DNA of 35,389 nt from Thermoanaerobaculia bacterium (GCA_036557025.1 DATBIJ010000283.1:1-35389), one strand, 5' to 3'. Numbered from the stretch's first letter, positions 17,504 to 26,735 are shown. Notes: generated from the letters alone by a model not told the origin. A program made the numbers and translations.

Positions 17504-17640
17504 CGAAACCCCCGGTCCGCGCTGGCGCCCACGGACGTTTTCGTACTTATTCGACGTGTACTACGCCTCTGCCGTTATGAAGTTCTTCGAACGCGGCCGT
17601 TTAGCCTGGCCTCGAGGGCTCGCCAGCTAGACTCCCGAAC

Positions 17641-18273
17641 GTGCCGGCCGCCGACTATCGCTTCGTGACGCACTGGCGCGTGCCCGCCACGCCCGGCGAA
17701 GTCTCCGCAATTCTCGAGGATATCCCCGGCCTGACCCGCTGGTGGCCCTCCGTCTACCTCGAGGCGGAGACGGTCGAACCGGGAGGGGAGGACGGCGTGG
17801 GGCGCGTGGTTCGGCTCCACACGAAGGGCCTGCTGCCGTACACCCTGCGCTGGACGCTCTCGGTGAAGGAGTCCCGCCGCCCCTACGGCTTCACGATCGG
17901 CGCCGAGGGGGACCTCTCCGGGCAGGGGATCTGGACCCTGCGTCCCGACGGCCTCTGGACGGCGGTGGCCTTCGACTGGACGGTGCGGGCGGACAAGCCG
18001 CTCCTGCGCTGGCTCTCGCCGGTGCTTCGGCCCCTCTTCGCCGCGAACCACCGCTGGGCGATGGCACGCGGCGAGGAGAGCCTGCGGCTGGAGCTGGCGC
18101 GCCGGCGCGCCGCGAGCGCCGCCGAGCGCGCGAGCGTCGCGGCGCCGCCTCGACCGACGACGGACTCTCCCTGGCCGCTGATCGCCGGCGGCGTGCTCGC
18201 CGGGCTCGCTGCCCTGGCGTTGTGGCGCGCGCTCTTCGGACGCCGCGGACGCGCGCGATGCCGCCGGCGATGA
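17641..18273 (+). CDS. SRPBCC (START/polyketide-cyclase-like) family protein with a C-terminal membrane anchor.
   Basis: The start is GTG. The pattern is YRFVTHWRVPATPGEVSAILEDIPGLTRWWPSVY...GIWTLRPDG..TAVAFDWTVRADKPLLR, with a C-terminal hydrophobic stretch WPLIAGGVLAGLAALALW. It overlaps the next gene. Confidence 0.7.
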   Translation: MPAADYRFVTHWRVPATPGEVSAILEDIPGLTRWWPSVYLEAETVEPGGEDGVGRVVRLHTKGLLPYTLRWTLSVKESRRPYGFTIGAEGDLSGQGIWTLRPDGLWTAVAFDWTVRADKPLLRWLSPVLRPLFAANHRWAMARGEESLRLELARRRAASAAERASVAAPPRPTTDSPWPLIAGGVLAGLAALALWRALFGRRGRARCRRR

Positions 18274-18722
18274 GCGCGCAGCTGCAGATCCTGGCCGAGG
18301 TCGCGCTCGCGATGGTGCTGGGCGCCGCACTGGGCCTGGAGCGCGAGCTCGCAGGCAAGCCGGCGGGACTGCGCACCCACATGCTCATCGCCGGCGCCGC
18401 GGCCCTGCTGGTCGGGTTGACCGACGTCCTCGTGGCCCGGTTCGCCACGACGGAGGGGAGCCGTGTGGATCCGATTCGCGTCATCGAGGCAACAGTGGCC
18501 GCCGTGGGCTTCCTCGGGGCGGGCACGATCCTGCGGCGGCCCGCGGCGGAACGCGTCGAAGGCCTCACGACGGCGGCCTCGCTGCTGCTGGCGGCGGCCC
18601 TGGGGATCTGCGTTGCGCTGCGGCAGTTCCTGCTCGCGGGCGGCGTCGTGATCCTCACGCTCGCGACCCTGCGGATCCTCGGATCCGTCGAAGACTGGTT
18701 CAGCCGTCGCGGCAAGAGATGA
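18258..18722 (+). CDS. mgtC: MgtC/SapB family membrane protein.
   Basis: The pattern is LAEVALAMVLGAALGLERELAGKPAGLRTHMLIAG..AVGFLGAGTIL. ATG at 18258 or at 18270 is possible; both overlap the end of the SRPBCC gene. Confidence 0.85.
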   Translation: MPPAMSAQLQILAEVALAMVLGAALGLERELAGKPAGLRTHMLIAGAAALLVGLTDVLVARFATTEGSRVDPIRVIEATVAAVGFLGAGTILRRPAAERVEGLTTAASLLLAAALGICVALRQFLLAGGVVILTLATLRILGSVEDWFSRRGKR

Positions 18723-20137
18723 GCGTCCGAGCCGGAGTCGCGGAGTCCGTCCCCGACGCGCCCGGGCTCCGGCGCGGCATCGGGCTGCTCGACGCGACCA
18801 TGCTGGTCGTGGGCTCGATGATCGGCTCGGGGATCTTCATCGTGTCCGCCGAGAGCGCCCGGCGCCTCGGCTCCCCGGCCTGGCTGCTGCTGGTCTGGAT
18901 CATCGCGGGCCTCTCGACGATGGCGGCGGCGATCTGCTGCGCCGAGCTCGCGGCGATGCTTCCGAAGGCGGGAGGGCAGTACGTCTTCTTCCGCGAGGCC
19001 TACGGTCCGCTCGCCGGGTTCCTCTTCGGCTGGACGATGTTCCTCGTGATCCAGACCGGAACGATCGCGGCGGTGGCCGTGGCGTTCGCGAAGTTCCTCG
19101 GCGTGCTGGTGCCGCAGATCTCGGAATCGCGCGTGCTGTTCTCCGCCGGCCCCCTGTCGGTCTCGAGCTCCCAGGCGGTGGCGCTGCTGGTCGTGGCGAT
19201 TCTCACCGCGACCAACGCCACCGGTTTGAAGGCCGGCACGAGGGTCCAGAACCTCTTCACGTTCGCGAAGTACGCCGCGCTCGCGGCGCTCACGCTGCTC
19301 GGTCTCGCGCTGGGGCGTGGCGGTGCGCTGACCGAGCCGGGGTTCTTCGGGCCCGTGCAATATGAGGGCATCCCATTGGCCGGCGGGGCGCTCGCGATCG
19401 CGGTGGCCACGGCGATGGTCGGCCCGCTCTTCTCGCAGTCGGCCTGGAACAACGTGACCTTCGCCGGCGAGGAGATCCGCGACCCGGGACGCACGCTTCC
19501 GCGCGCCCTGATGGTGGGCTGCCTGCTGGTGACCGTCACCTACGTGCTGGCGAACCTCGCCTACCTGAAGACGCTGTTCCTGCCGGCGATCGCGAACGCG
19601 CCGCAGGATCGGGTAGCGACCGCCGCCGCGACGGCCCTGTTGGGCAACGGAGCGGCGGCGGCAATGGCGGCCGCCATCATGGTGTCGACGTTCGGCTGCG
19701 TGAACGGCCTGATTCTCTCGGGGGCGCGGGTGTCCTTCGCTATGGCGCGGGACGGGCTGTTCTTCTCGCGGCTGTCGCGCGTCAACCGCGCAAACGTCCC
19801 GGGAGAGGCGCTGTGGGCGCAGGCGGCCTGGACCGGGGTCCTGGTGCTGTCGGGCAACTACACGGCGCTCTTGAAGTACGTGGTGTCGATCGACATCGCC
19901 TACTACGTCCTGCTCGTCCTTGCCGTCATCGTGCTGCGCCGCCGGCTTCCCGACCTCCCGCGCCCCTTCCGGGCCCCGTGGAGCCCGGCGCTGCCCCTGC
20001 TCTACGCGGTGGGAGGCGTCGTGCTGATCGTGCTGCTGCTCTGGGGCAACCCGAAGACGACCTGGCCGGGCTACGCGCTCGCCGCGGCGGGCATCCCGGT
20101 CTACTGGCTGTGGCGGCGCCGAGCGCGGATCTCGTAG
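18719..20137 (+). CDS. Amino acid permease, APC superfamily (LAT/SteT-like).
   Basis: The protein is 472 aa with about 12 predicted TMs. The N-terminal pattern is GLLDATMLVVGSMIGSGIFIVS...AELAAMLPKAGGQYVFFREAYGPLAGFLFGW. The start overlaps the mgtC stop (ATGA). Confidence 0.9.
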   Translation: MSVRAGVAESVPDAPGLRRGIGLLDATMLVVGSMIGSGIFIVSAESARRLGSPAWLLLVWIIAGLSTMAAAICCAELAAMLPKAGGQYVFFREAYGPLAGFLFGWTMFLVIQTGTIAAVAVAFAKFLGVLVPQISESRVLFSAGPLSVSSSQAVALLVVAILTATNATGLKAGTRVQNLFTFAKYAALAALTLLGLALGRGGALTEPGFFGPVQYEGIPLAGGALAIAVATAMVGPLFSQSAWNNVTFAGEEIRDPGRTLPRALMVGCLLVTVTYVLANLAYLKTLFLPAIANAPQDRVATAAATALLGNGAAAAMAAAIMVSTFGCVNGLILSGARVSFAMARDGLFFSRLSRVNRANVPGEALWAQAAWTGVLVLSGNYTALLKYVVSIDIAYYVLLVLAVIVLRRRLPDLPRPFRAPWSPALPLLYAVGGVVLIVLLLWGNPKTTWPGYALAAAGIPVYWLWRRRARIS

Positions 20138-21669
20138 TCGGCGATCTCTCGGACGGCGCCGCGCGCGTCGTCTTTCCGGGAGAGCCCGAGGCCGGGGCCA
20201 ACCGCCGGGCCGCGGCGCTCGCGCGGGCGCTCGCGGCGGCGGCGCCCGCGGGGTTCGAGGACGCGGTCGTGGGAGCCGCGAGCCTCCTGCTGCTCTTCGA
20301 TCCCGCGACGACCTCCGCGACGCGGCTGCTCGAGCAGGCGCGCGAGACCGAGACGCGCGGCGAGGCGGGGGAGGAGCGCTCGCTGCGCGTGCCGGTCGTC
20401 TACGGCGGTCCGCATGCCGGGGCGCTGGAAGCGCTGGCGCGCGAGCTCTCCCTCTCCGCCGAGGAGCTCGTCCGAATGCATGCCGCCGCCGAATACCGGG
20501 TCGCGTTCCTCGGCTTCGCGCCCGGCTTCGCGTACATGACGGGGCTTCCCGAACGGCTGGCGGCCCCGCGGCTGGAGACGCCGGCGCTGCGGATGCCGGC
20601 GGGCAGCGTGGCGATCGCCGGGCCCTACACGAGCATCTATCCGGGTGGCACCCCCGGCGGCTGGCGCGCGATCGGGATCGCGCCGGTGCGGGTCTTCGAC
20701 CCGGCGCACGAGCCGCCGTCGCTCTTTTCGCCGGGGGACCGCGTGCGCTTCGAGGCGGCCGCGGCCGACGCGCCGATGCCGCCGGCCCCGGCGGCGCCCC
20801 CGCCGCGCGGCGCGCCGGTCTTGCGGGTCGTCTCGCCCGGCGCCTTCGCGCTGGTGACGGGCCCCCCGCGCCGGGGCGTCTCGGGATGGGGCCTCGCGCC
20901 CGGCGGCCCGATGGATCCGCTCGCCGCGGCGCTGGCCAATCGCGGCGCGGGCAACCCGGAGTCCGCCGCGGTGCTGGAGTCCAACCTCACGCCGCCGCGC
21001 CTCGAGGTCCTCCGTCCGATTCGACTCTGCTGGTGGGGATCGGGCGAGGCACGCGACGGCGACACGCGCATCGCGCCCGGCGCGGCCTTCGACGCGGCCG
21101 TGGGAGACGTGCTGGCGTTCCCATCCGACGGCGACCCGCGGATGTACCTCGCCGTCGCCGGCGGCCTGGAGGCGCCGTTGTCTCCGTCGAGGCTGGCGGC
21201 GGGCGAGCTCGTCTGTGCCGCGCCCGAGCCGCCCGCGCCCGAGCCGCCGGCGCGCCGCCGCGAAGCGCCGCCGCCGGGCGATGCGATCGAAGTGCGGGTC
21301 GTGCCCGGTCTCGAGCACGAGATCTTCGACGCCGCAACTCGCGAGGCCCTTCGCGCGACGGAGTGGCGGGTCTCCGCGCACAGCGACCGCCGCGGCCTGC
21401 GGCTCGAGGGCCCGCCGATTCCGCTCGCCGGGCGCCCGGAGGTCCCCTCCGAGGGGGCGCCGCTGGGCGCGATTCAGGTCCCCCCGGACGGCGTGCCGAT
21501 CGTCTTCGGCCCCGACCGTCCGTTGACCGCGGGCTACGCGCGAATCGCCAACGTCATCTCCGCCGACTGGCGCCTGCTCGCGCAGGCCCGCCCGGGGCAC
21601 ACCCGGGTGCGGTTTCGGGAGGTGACCCTGGAGGAAGCGGTGGCCGCTCGCGCCGGGAGCGTCGGGTAG
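20110..21669 (+). CDS. pxpBC: Fused 5-oxoprolinase subunits PxpB-PxpC (KipI-KipA / allophanate hydrolase subunit 1 and 2 domains in one polypeptide).
   Basis: The N-terminal half is VGDLSDGAARVVF...VAFLGFAPGFAYMTGLP...PAGSVAIAGPYTSIYPGGTPGGWRAIG (PxpB). The C-terminal half is LRVVSPG...GGPMDPLAAALANRGAGN...SDRRGLRLEG...PPDGVPIVFGPDRPLTAGYARIANVISADW (PxpC). There is no stop codon between the halves. The start is uncertain: GTG 20110 is the nearest in-frame start upstream of the conserved N-terminus and overlaps the permease gene. Confidence 0.85.
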   Translation: MAAPSADLVVGDLSDGAARVVFPGEPEAGANRRAAALARALAAAAPAGFEDAVVGAASLLLLFDPATTSATRLLEQARETETRGEAGEERSLRVPVVYGGPHAGALEALARELSLSAEELVRMHAAAEYRVAFLGFAPGFAYMTGLPERLAAPRLETPALRMPAGSVAIAGPYTSIYPGGTPGGWRAIGIAPVRVFDPAHEPPSLFSPGDRVRFEAAAADAPMPPAPAAPPPRGAPVLRVVSPGAFALVTGPPRRGVSGWGLAPGGPMDPLAAALANRGAGNPESAAVLESNLTPPRLEVLRPIRLCWWGSGEARDGDTRIAPGAAFDAAVGDVLAFPSDGDPRMYLAVAGGLEAPLSPSRLAAGELVCAAPEPPAPEPPARRREAPPPGDAIEVRVVPGLEHEIFDAATREALRATEWRVSAHSDRRGLRLEGPPIPLAGRPEVPSEGAPLGAIQVPPDGVPIVFGPDRPLTAGYARIANVISADWRLLAQARPGHTRVRFREVTLEEAVAARAGSVG

Positions 21670-21680
21670 ACTTTCCCGCC

Positions 21681-22463
21681 GTGAGCATCGATCTCAACGC
21701 CGACGTGGGCGAGGGGATGAACGATGCCGATCTGCTGCCCTGGGTGACTTCGGCAAACGTGGCCTGCGGCTACCACGCCGGCGACCCGGGCACTATGGAT
21801 CGGACCGTTTCGCTGGCCCTCGGGCGCGGCGTGCGCGTCGGAGCGCACCCGGGATACCCCGACCGCGAGAGCTTCGGCCGCGCGCGCTTCGAGATGGCGC
21901 CGGAAGAGATCGAGAGCATGGTCCTCTACCAGGTCGCCGCGCTCGACGGCATCGTCCGCTCGCGCGGAGGCACGCTCACCCACGTCAAGCCGCACGGCGC
22001 CCTGTACCACCGTGCCGCGGAATCGGGCGACGTGGCCCGCGCGATCGCGCGCGGCGTCCAGCGCTGCCGCGCCGGCCTGATCCTGGTGGGCCCGGCCGGC
22101 TCGCGCGTCTTGGACATCGGACGCGAGATCGGCCTGCCGGTCGCCGGCGAGGCCTTCGCCGACCGCCGCTACGGCCCCGACGGCACGCTGGTGTCTCGCG
22201 AGCAGAAAAACGCGCTCTTGACCGATCCCCTCGAAGCCGCCGACCAGGCGGTCTCGATCGCCCGCGACGGCCGCGTCACGGCCTCTGACGGATCCCGCGT
22301 CTCCCTGCGTGCGGACACGATCTGCCTTCACGGCGACACGCCGGGAGCCCCGGCCATCGCGAAGCGGGTGCACGAGCGCCTCCGCGAGGAGGGCATCCGC
22401 GTCGCGCCGCTGGAGGCCGCGCGCGCCGAGGGCCGCGCGATTCCGACGATCCCTCCCGGATGA
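21681..22463 (+). CDS. pxpA: 5-oxoprolinase subunit PxpA (LamB/YcsF family).
   Basis: The GTG start gives the conserved N-terminus SIDLNADVGEG. Also present are ACGYHAGDP, GAHPGYPD and VKPHGALYH. Confidence 0.9.
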   Translation: MSIDLNADVGEGMNDADLLPWVTSANVACGYHAGDPGTMDRTVSLALGRGVRVGAHPGYPDRESFGRARFEMAPEEIESMVLYQVAALDGIVRSRGGTLTHVKPHGALYHRAAESGDVARAIARGVQRCRAGLILVGPAGSRVLDIGREIGLPVAGEAFADRRYGPDGTLVSREQKNALLTDPLEAADQAVSIARDGRVTASDGSRVSLRADTICLHGDTPGAPAIAKRVHERLREEGIRVAPLEAARAEGRAIPTIPPG

Positions 22464-22969
22464 GCGACGAGTACGAAGGCGACGACGCCGCGCCGATCGA
22501 GGAGGCGTCGCTGCGCGAGCGCCTGGGCGTCTTCGGCCGCAGCGCTTCCGCGCTGCTGTCCACGCGCTGGGAGCTGTTCACGACCGAGCTCTCCGCGAAG
22601 ATGCCGCCGCTCGCGCGCGGGCTGCTCTTCTGGACGCTGGCCGCGGCGTTTCTCTTCGCCTCGATCCTGATGCTGACCGCGCTCGCCGCGGTCCTGCTCG
22701 CCGAGCTCCTGGGGAGCATCACGCTGGGCCTTCTGATCGTGCTGGTCGTCTACCTCGCGCTGGCCGCCGGCGCGATCGTGCTCGGGCTTCGGGCGCTCTC
22801 CGGGGTGAAGCCGCTCTCCTACCCGATCACGTCCGCCGAGATCCGCAAGGACCTCGATGAGGCGTTTCCCCCGGAGGGCCCCGACGCGGTGGAGCCGTGG
22901 CAGCCCGCGAGGCCGTCGGCGGAGCCCGACGGCGAGTTGGAGGATCGCTTCCGGATGGGCTCGGAATGA
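22460..22969 (+). CDS. Holin-X / YqjE-like (DUF1469, Phage_holin_3_6 family) membrane protein.
   Basis: The start overlaps the pxpA stop (ATGA). The pattern is SASALLSTRWELFTTELSAK....GLLFWTLAAAFLFASILMLTALAAVLL, followed by a second TM. Confidence 0.7.
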   Translation: MSDEYEGDDAAPIEEASLRERLGVFGRSASALLSTRWELFTTELSAKMPPLARGLLFWTLAAAFLFASILMLTALAAVLLAELLGSITLGLLIVLVVYLALAAGAIVLGLRALSGVKPLSYPITSAEIRKDLDEAFPPEGPDAVEPWQPARPSAEPDGELEDRFRMGSE

Positions 22970-23250
22970 ACGAGCGCGAGGAGCGGATCGCCCTGCTGAT
23001 CGAACGCGGGGCCCTCGAGCGCGCGGCGCTCGCGAGCGCGGCGGACGATCTGCGCGAGGAGCTCGACGCCGCACGGGCCCGGTGGAAGCGCGTCAGCGTG
23101 CTGGCCACCGGCGCCGCGTTCGCGGGGACGCTCGCCTACCGTCTCGCGAGCTTCCGCAAGACCTCCAAGAAGCTGGGCTCGATCGCCGACGCCGTCGCCG
23201 GCGGGCTCGTGCTGGTCAAGCTCGTCTCGCGCCTGCGCAGGCTCTGGTAG
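22966..23250 (+). CDS. YqjK-like small membrane protein.
   Basis: ATG 22966 overlaps the upstream stop (ATGA). The architecture matches E. coli YqjK: an N-terminal charged helix (EREERIALLIERGALERAALASAADDLREEL), one TM and a basic tail. The family call is from recalled similarity only. Confidence 0.55.
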   Translation: MNEREERIALLIERGALERAALASAADDLREELDAARARWKRVSVLATGAAFAGTLAYRLASFRKTSKKLGSIADAVAGGLVLVKLVSRLRRLW

Positions 23251-23400
23251 TCGCGCCCGGTCTCCGCGACTGTCTCGTCGCGAGCGCAGCCTGACTCCAG
23301 ACGCGGACACGGCGACGATCCTCGGCGGCGCGTAAGTCCCGCATTCTCAATGGCCTCCGCGTGGCACGGCCGTTGCCACTTCTTGCTGCGGAGGTGAGCG

Positions 23401-23826
23401 ATGACGAAGAAGAAATCGCTTCGCACACTGGGTGCCCTCGCGCTGGGCGCCGTGCTCCTGGCAACTCCGCAGGACGCGGGCGCGCAGACGTCGTTTCAGG
23501 GGACCTTCGTCGGACCGCACGGAGCCTTCTCGATCGGGTTCGGTCATCCACGCTACGCGGTGGGCTCCTACGCGCCTTACGGGTACACGGTCGTCGAGAG
23601 ACCGCGCTACGGCTACGGTTTCTGGAGTCCGGTGTTCGTTTGTAGCGCCCACCACGTCCGCCACGCGCACTGGGTGCCGGTGAAGCGCTATCGCTCGCGG
23701 TGGGTCGTCGTCGATCGTCCGGTCTATTACGGCGCGCCGTACGCCCATCCGCTCGAGCGCGCCTGGGGCTACGACCGCTACGGCCATGGCGGGCAAGGCA
23801 AGGGCCACAAGAAGCACCGCCACTGA
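23401..23826 (+). CDS. Secreted His/Tyr/Arg/Gly-rich protein of unknown function.
   Basis: GGAGGTGA lies 4 nt upstream of the ATG. The signal peptide is MTKKKSLRTLGALALGAVLLATPQDAGA. The mature part carries repeated (H/R)P(R/V)Y..G-like motifs and a C-terminal HGGQGKGHKKHRH. Confidence 0.7.
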   Translation: MTKKKSLRTLGALALGAVLLATPQDAGAQTSFQGTFVGPHGAFSIGFGHPRYAVGSYAPYGYTVVERPRYGYGFWSPVFVCSAHHVRHAHWVPVKRYRSRWVVVDRPVYYGAPYAHPLERAWGYDRYGHGGQGKGHKKHRH

Positions 23827-23832
23827 GCGGGC

Positions 23833-24630
23833 TCAGATCTGCTTCGGCAGGACCTGGATCGCGCGCGCGGCGATCGCCGCGTAGCCTTCCCGGTTGGGGT
23901 GGAAACGGTCCGCCGCGAGGCGGTCCGTCCGCCCCTGGAAGAGATCGAAGGTCGGCACGATCCGCACGTTCTCGAAGGAGAGCGCGGTCTGCGCGGCCAT
24001 CGCGTTCCACTGTTGGATCACCGAGGAGCCCAGACGCCCTTCGGGGCCGGTCATCTGAAAGGGATCGTAGAGGCCGAGCAGGAGGATCGGGGCCGAAGGA
24101 TTCGCCGCCCGCAGCGTCGTCAGGATCGCGCGGAGGTTCGCGTCGAACGCGAGGCGGCTCTTCTCCACGCCGGCGGCCGCGCTCGCTGCCGAGCCGATCG
24201 TGCGCGGCAGAGAGTGCGACAGATCGTTCCCGCCGACCGACAGCAGGATCACGTGGGCGCGCGCCGCGAGCGCGCGGACGTTGGGGCCCTCCACGAGGCG
24301 CCGCACGTCATCGGACTCCCATCCGTTGACGGCCAGATTCGAGCCGTCGGCCGGCACGCGGCGTCGGATCTCTTCGAGGACATCCAGGGTCCAGCCGCGG
24401 CCGCTGGGGTCTCCGGTGCCGCGCGCCAGCGAGTCGCCGAGGATCAGCACCTGCCGCCGGCCGGGCGCCGCCGGCGGCGCCGCCGCGTCCTTCGGAGGCG
24501 GGGGAGCGACGCCCAGCGGCTTGCCCGCGGCTCCGCGCAGCGCCAGGACGAACGTCGCCGAGAGCGCGAGAACGCCGAGCAGGCCCAACGAGGCGGGAAC
24601 GGTCCAGAGCCAGAAGCGGGAGGCGCGCAT
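23833..24630 (-). CDS. SGNH/GDSL family hydrolase (lipase/esterase-like), membrane-anchored or secreted.
   Basis: The start ATG at 24630 gives MRASRFWLWTVPASLGLLGVLAL. Block I is VLILGDSLARG, block III is LSVGGNDL and block V is DRFHPN. The ORF-track extension to 24951 overlaps the divergent ABC gene and was rejected. Confidence 0.85.
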   Translation of the reverse strand: MRASRFWLWTVPASLGLLGVLALSATFVLALRGAAGKPLGVAPPPPKDAAAPPAAPGRRQVLILGDSLARGTGDPSGRGWTLDVLEEIRRRVPADGSNLAVNGWESDDVRRLVEGPNVRALAARAHVILLSVGGNDLSHSLPRTIGSAASAAAGVEKSRLAFDANLRAILTTLRAANPSAPILLLGLYDPFQMTGPEGRLGSSVIQQWNAMAAQTALSFENVRIVPTFDLFQGRTDRLAADRFHPNREGYAAIAARAIQVLPKQI

Positions 24631-24682
24631 CGCGGGCGATGATACGAGAGTGGCGCGCGGCGCGGAGTAGGATGCCGCCCTC

Positions 24683-25621
24683 TTGAGCCTTTCGGAATCC
24701 TCCGCAACCGGCGCGATCCTGGCCGCCGAGAGCCTGTCGAAGAGCTTCGGGCGCCGCCAGGCCGTGGCGGACGTGTCCTTCGAGGTCCTTCCCGGCGAAG
24801 TCTTCGGCTTTCTCGGCCCCAACGGCGCCGGCAAGACGACCACGATCCGCATGCTGGTGGGGCTCGCGCGTCCGGACTCCGGGAGGGTCCGCATCGCCGG
24901 TCTCGACCTCCACAAGGACTTCGCCCGAGCGATGCGCCACGTCGGATGCATCGTGGAATCGCCGGACCTCTACCGCTACCTGACCGGCCGCGAGAACTTG
25001 CGTCACTTCGCGCGCATGCTCGGCGACGGGGCGGCCGGCCGCATCGAGGAGCTCGCGAGGCTGGTGGCGCTCGAGGAGCGCCTCGAAGAGCCGGTCTCGA
25101 CCTACTCACTGGGGATGCGGCAGCGGCTGGGCATCGCCCAGGCCCTCCTGGGGAGCCCCGACGTCCTGATTCTCGACGAGCCCGCCAACGGTCTCGACCC
25201 CGCCGGGATCCGCGAGATCCGCCACCTCATCCGCCGGCTGGCGTCGGAGCGCGGGATCGCGGTGTTTCTCTCCAGCCATCTGCTGTCGGAGGTCGAGCAG
25301 ACCTGCGACCGGGTCGCGATCATTCACCGCGGCCGCACCCTGGCGAGCGGGCCCGTGCGCGAGCTGCTCGCCGCCGCGGAGGCGCCGCTGCGCGTCACGG
25401 CGCGCCCGGGCGCGCGGGCCGCCGAAATCCTGGCGGCGTTCGCGCGCCAGCCACCGCGACTCGACGGAGAGGACGTGGTGTCGGCCGAAGTGCCGCGGGA
25501 GCGCGTGCCGGAGGCGGTGCGCGCCCTCTCGAACGGAGGCGTCGAGATCTTCTCTCTCGAGCGCCGCGCCGCGTCGCTGGAGGAAGTGTTCCTCGAGGTC
25601 ACGGGAGGCGAGACGGTATGA
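24683..25621 (+). CDS. ABC transporter ATP-binding protein (ABC-2 exporter type).
   Basis: Walker A is GPNGAGKTT, the signature is YSLGMRQRLGIAQAL and Walker B is VLILDEPANGLD. The start is TTG as in the ORF track, and its position is somewhat uncertain. Confidence 0.9.
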   Translation: MSLSESSATGAILAAESLSKSFGRRQAVADVSFEVLPGEVFGFLGPNGAGKTTTIRMLVGLARPDSGRVRIAGLDLHKDFARAMRHVGCIVESPDLYRYLTGRENLRHFARMLGDGAAGRIEELARLVALEERLEEPVSTYSLGMRQRLGIAQALLGSPDVLILDEPANGLDPAGIREIRHLIRRLASERGIAVFLSSHLLSEVEQTCDRVAIIHRGRTLASGPVRELLAAAEAPLRVTARPGARAAEILAAFARQPPRLDGEDVVSAEVPRERVPEAVRALSNGGVEIFSLERRAASLEEVFLEVTGGETV

Positions 25622-26604
25622 ACGCCGGGCTTCCGCTGGTCGAGAACGAGATCCTGAAGCTGTTTCGCCGCCGCCGCTTCCGGCTCGTGCTGCTGATTCT
25701 CGCGGCGCTCAACGGCCTGATCGTCTTCGCGCAGGTGCAGGTTCAGGCGCGGCAGAAGGGTCCGCGCAAGGAGTGGCGCGTCGAGGTTCAGGAGCGCATC
25801 GCGCGCACGGAGAACTGGCTGCGGTCGGGACGCGTCACGGACACCTGGCGGCGCTGGGGGCGATTCGAGATCGGACGGTTGCAATACCACCTCGACCACG
25901 ACATCAACCCGGAGAAGGTGTCGGGCCCGCTCTACACCCGCGGCTTCGCGAACGCCGGGAGCCTGCTGCTGCTGCCGCTGCTCGCGATCGTGCTCGCCTC
26001 CGACATCGTCTCGTCGGAATTCTCCGAGGGCACGATCAAGCTGCTGCTGACGCGACCCGTCACGCGCTCGCGCGTGCTCGCGGCGAAGGCCGCGGCGCTG
26101 ATTCTCGCGATCACGCTGACCGTTCTCGCCGGAGGCCTGCTCGCCTACCTGTTCAGCGGCCTGGCCTATGGATTCTCGGGATGGGGGGCGCCCGTGCTCT
26201 CGGGCTTCCGCCTTGCGGGGGAGGCGGTCGATCTCTCCGCCATCCGCGCGCTCCCGCTGTGGCAGGACACCGCGCTGGTCTTCGGACTCGCCTGGTTCTC
26301 GGCGCTCTGCGTCGGCGCCATCGCGTTCTTCACGTCGGTGGTCCTGCGCTCGACCGCCGCCGCCATGGGCTCGATGGTCGCCGCGCTCATCGCGGGAACG
26401 ATCCTGCCCCGCCTCGCGCCGGAGTGGGAGTCACAGAAGTACCTCTTCGTGACCCACCTGCCGCTGCCCGACATCTACAGCGGCTCGCCGCCGCCCATCG
26501 AGGGCATCACGCTGATCTTCTCCGTCGTCGTGCTCGCGGCGTGGGCGGCGGCCGCGCTCCTCGCCGCGTTCGGGATCTTCCGCCGGCGCGACGTGCTCGC
26601 GTAG
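25618..26604 (+). CDS. ABC-2 family transporter permease.
   Basis: ATG 25618 overlaps the ATPase stop (ATGA). The pattern is ENEILKLFRRRRFRLVLLILAAL. A ~75-aa extracytoplasmic insert follows TM1, then DIVSSEFSEGTIKLLLTRPVTRSRVL and further TMs. Confidence 0.85.
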   Translation: MNAGLPLVENEILKLFRRRRFRLVLLILAALNGLIVFAQVQVQARQKGPRKEWRVEVQERIARTENWLRSGRVTDTWRRWGRFEIGRLQYHLDHDINPEKVSGPLYTRGFANAGSLLLLPLLAIVLASDIVSSEFSEGTIKLLLTRPVTRSRVLAAKAAALILAITLTVLAGGLLAYLFSGLAYGFSGWGAPVLSGFRLAGEAVDLSAIRALPLWQDTALVFGLAWFSALCVGAIAFFTSVVLRSTAAAMGSMVAALIAGTILPRLAPEWESQKYLFVTHLPLPDIYSGSPPPIEGITLIFSVVVLAAWAAAALLAAFGIFRRRDVLA

Positions 26605-26735
26605 GGCCGGCGTCGGGGCCCCCGCGGCGGTGTCCCGCGGCGACCGCCGGCGACGAGAGGGTGTTGTAGAGTCGCAAGAGGGATCCGGCGGCGCGGTGGC
26701 GAGCTCGTGGGCGCCCGGGTTCCAGGAGGTGCGAC

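Noticed and set aside
17601-17640. A putative sigma70-like promoter (TTAGCC ... TAGACT) immediately upstream of the GTG of the SRPBCC gene, which would imply a leaderless mRNA. Direct GTACT repeats lie nearby, at about 17551-17573.
   Set aside because: The spacer between the hexamers is about 21 nt, which is too long, and the hexamers are weak. There is not enough support from the sequence alone.
23250-23379. Two 6-bp hairpins (GTCGCG/CGCGAC at 23250-23270 and GTGGCA/TGCCAC at 23361-23379) considered as terminators of the upstream seven-gene run.
   Set aside because: The stems are short and neither is followed by a convincing T-tract (only TTCTT after the second). They are left unannotated.
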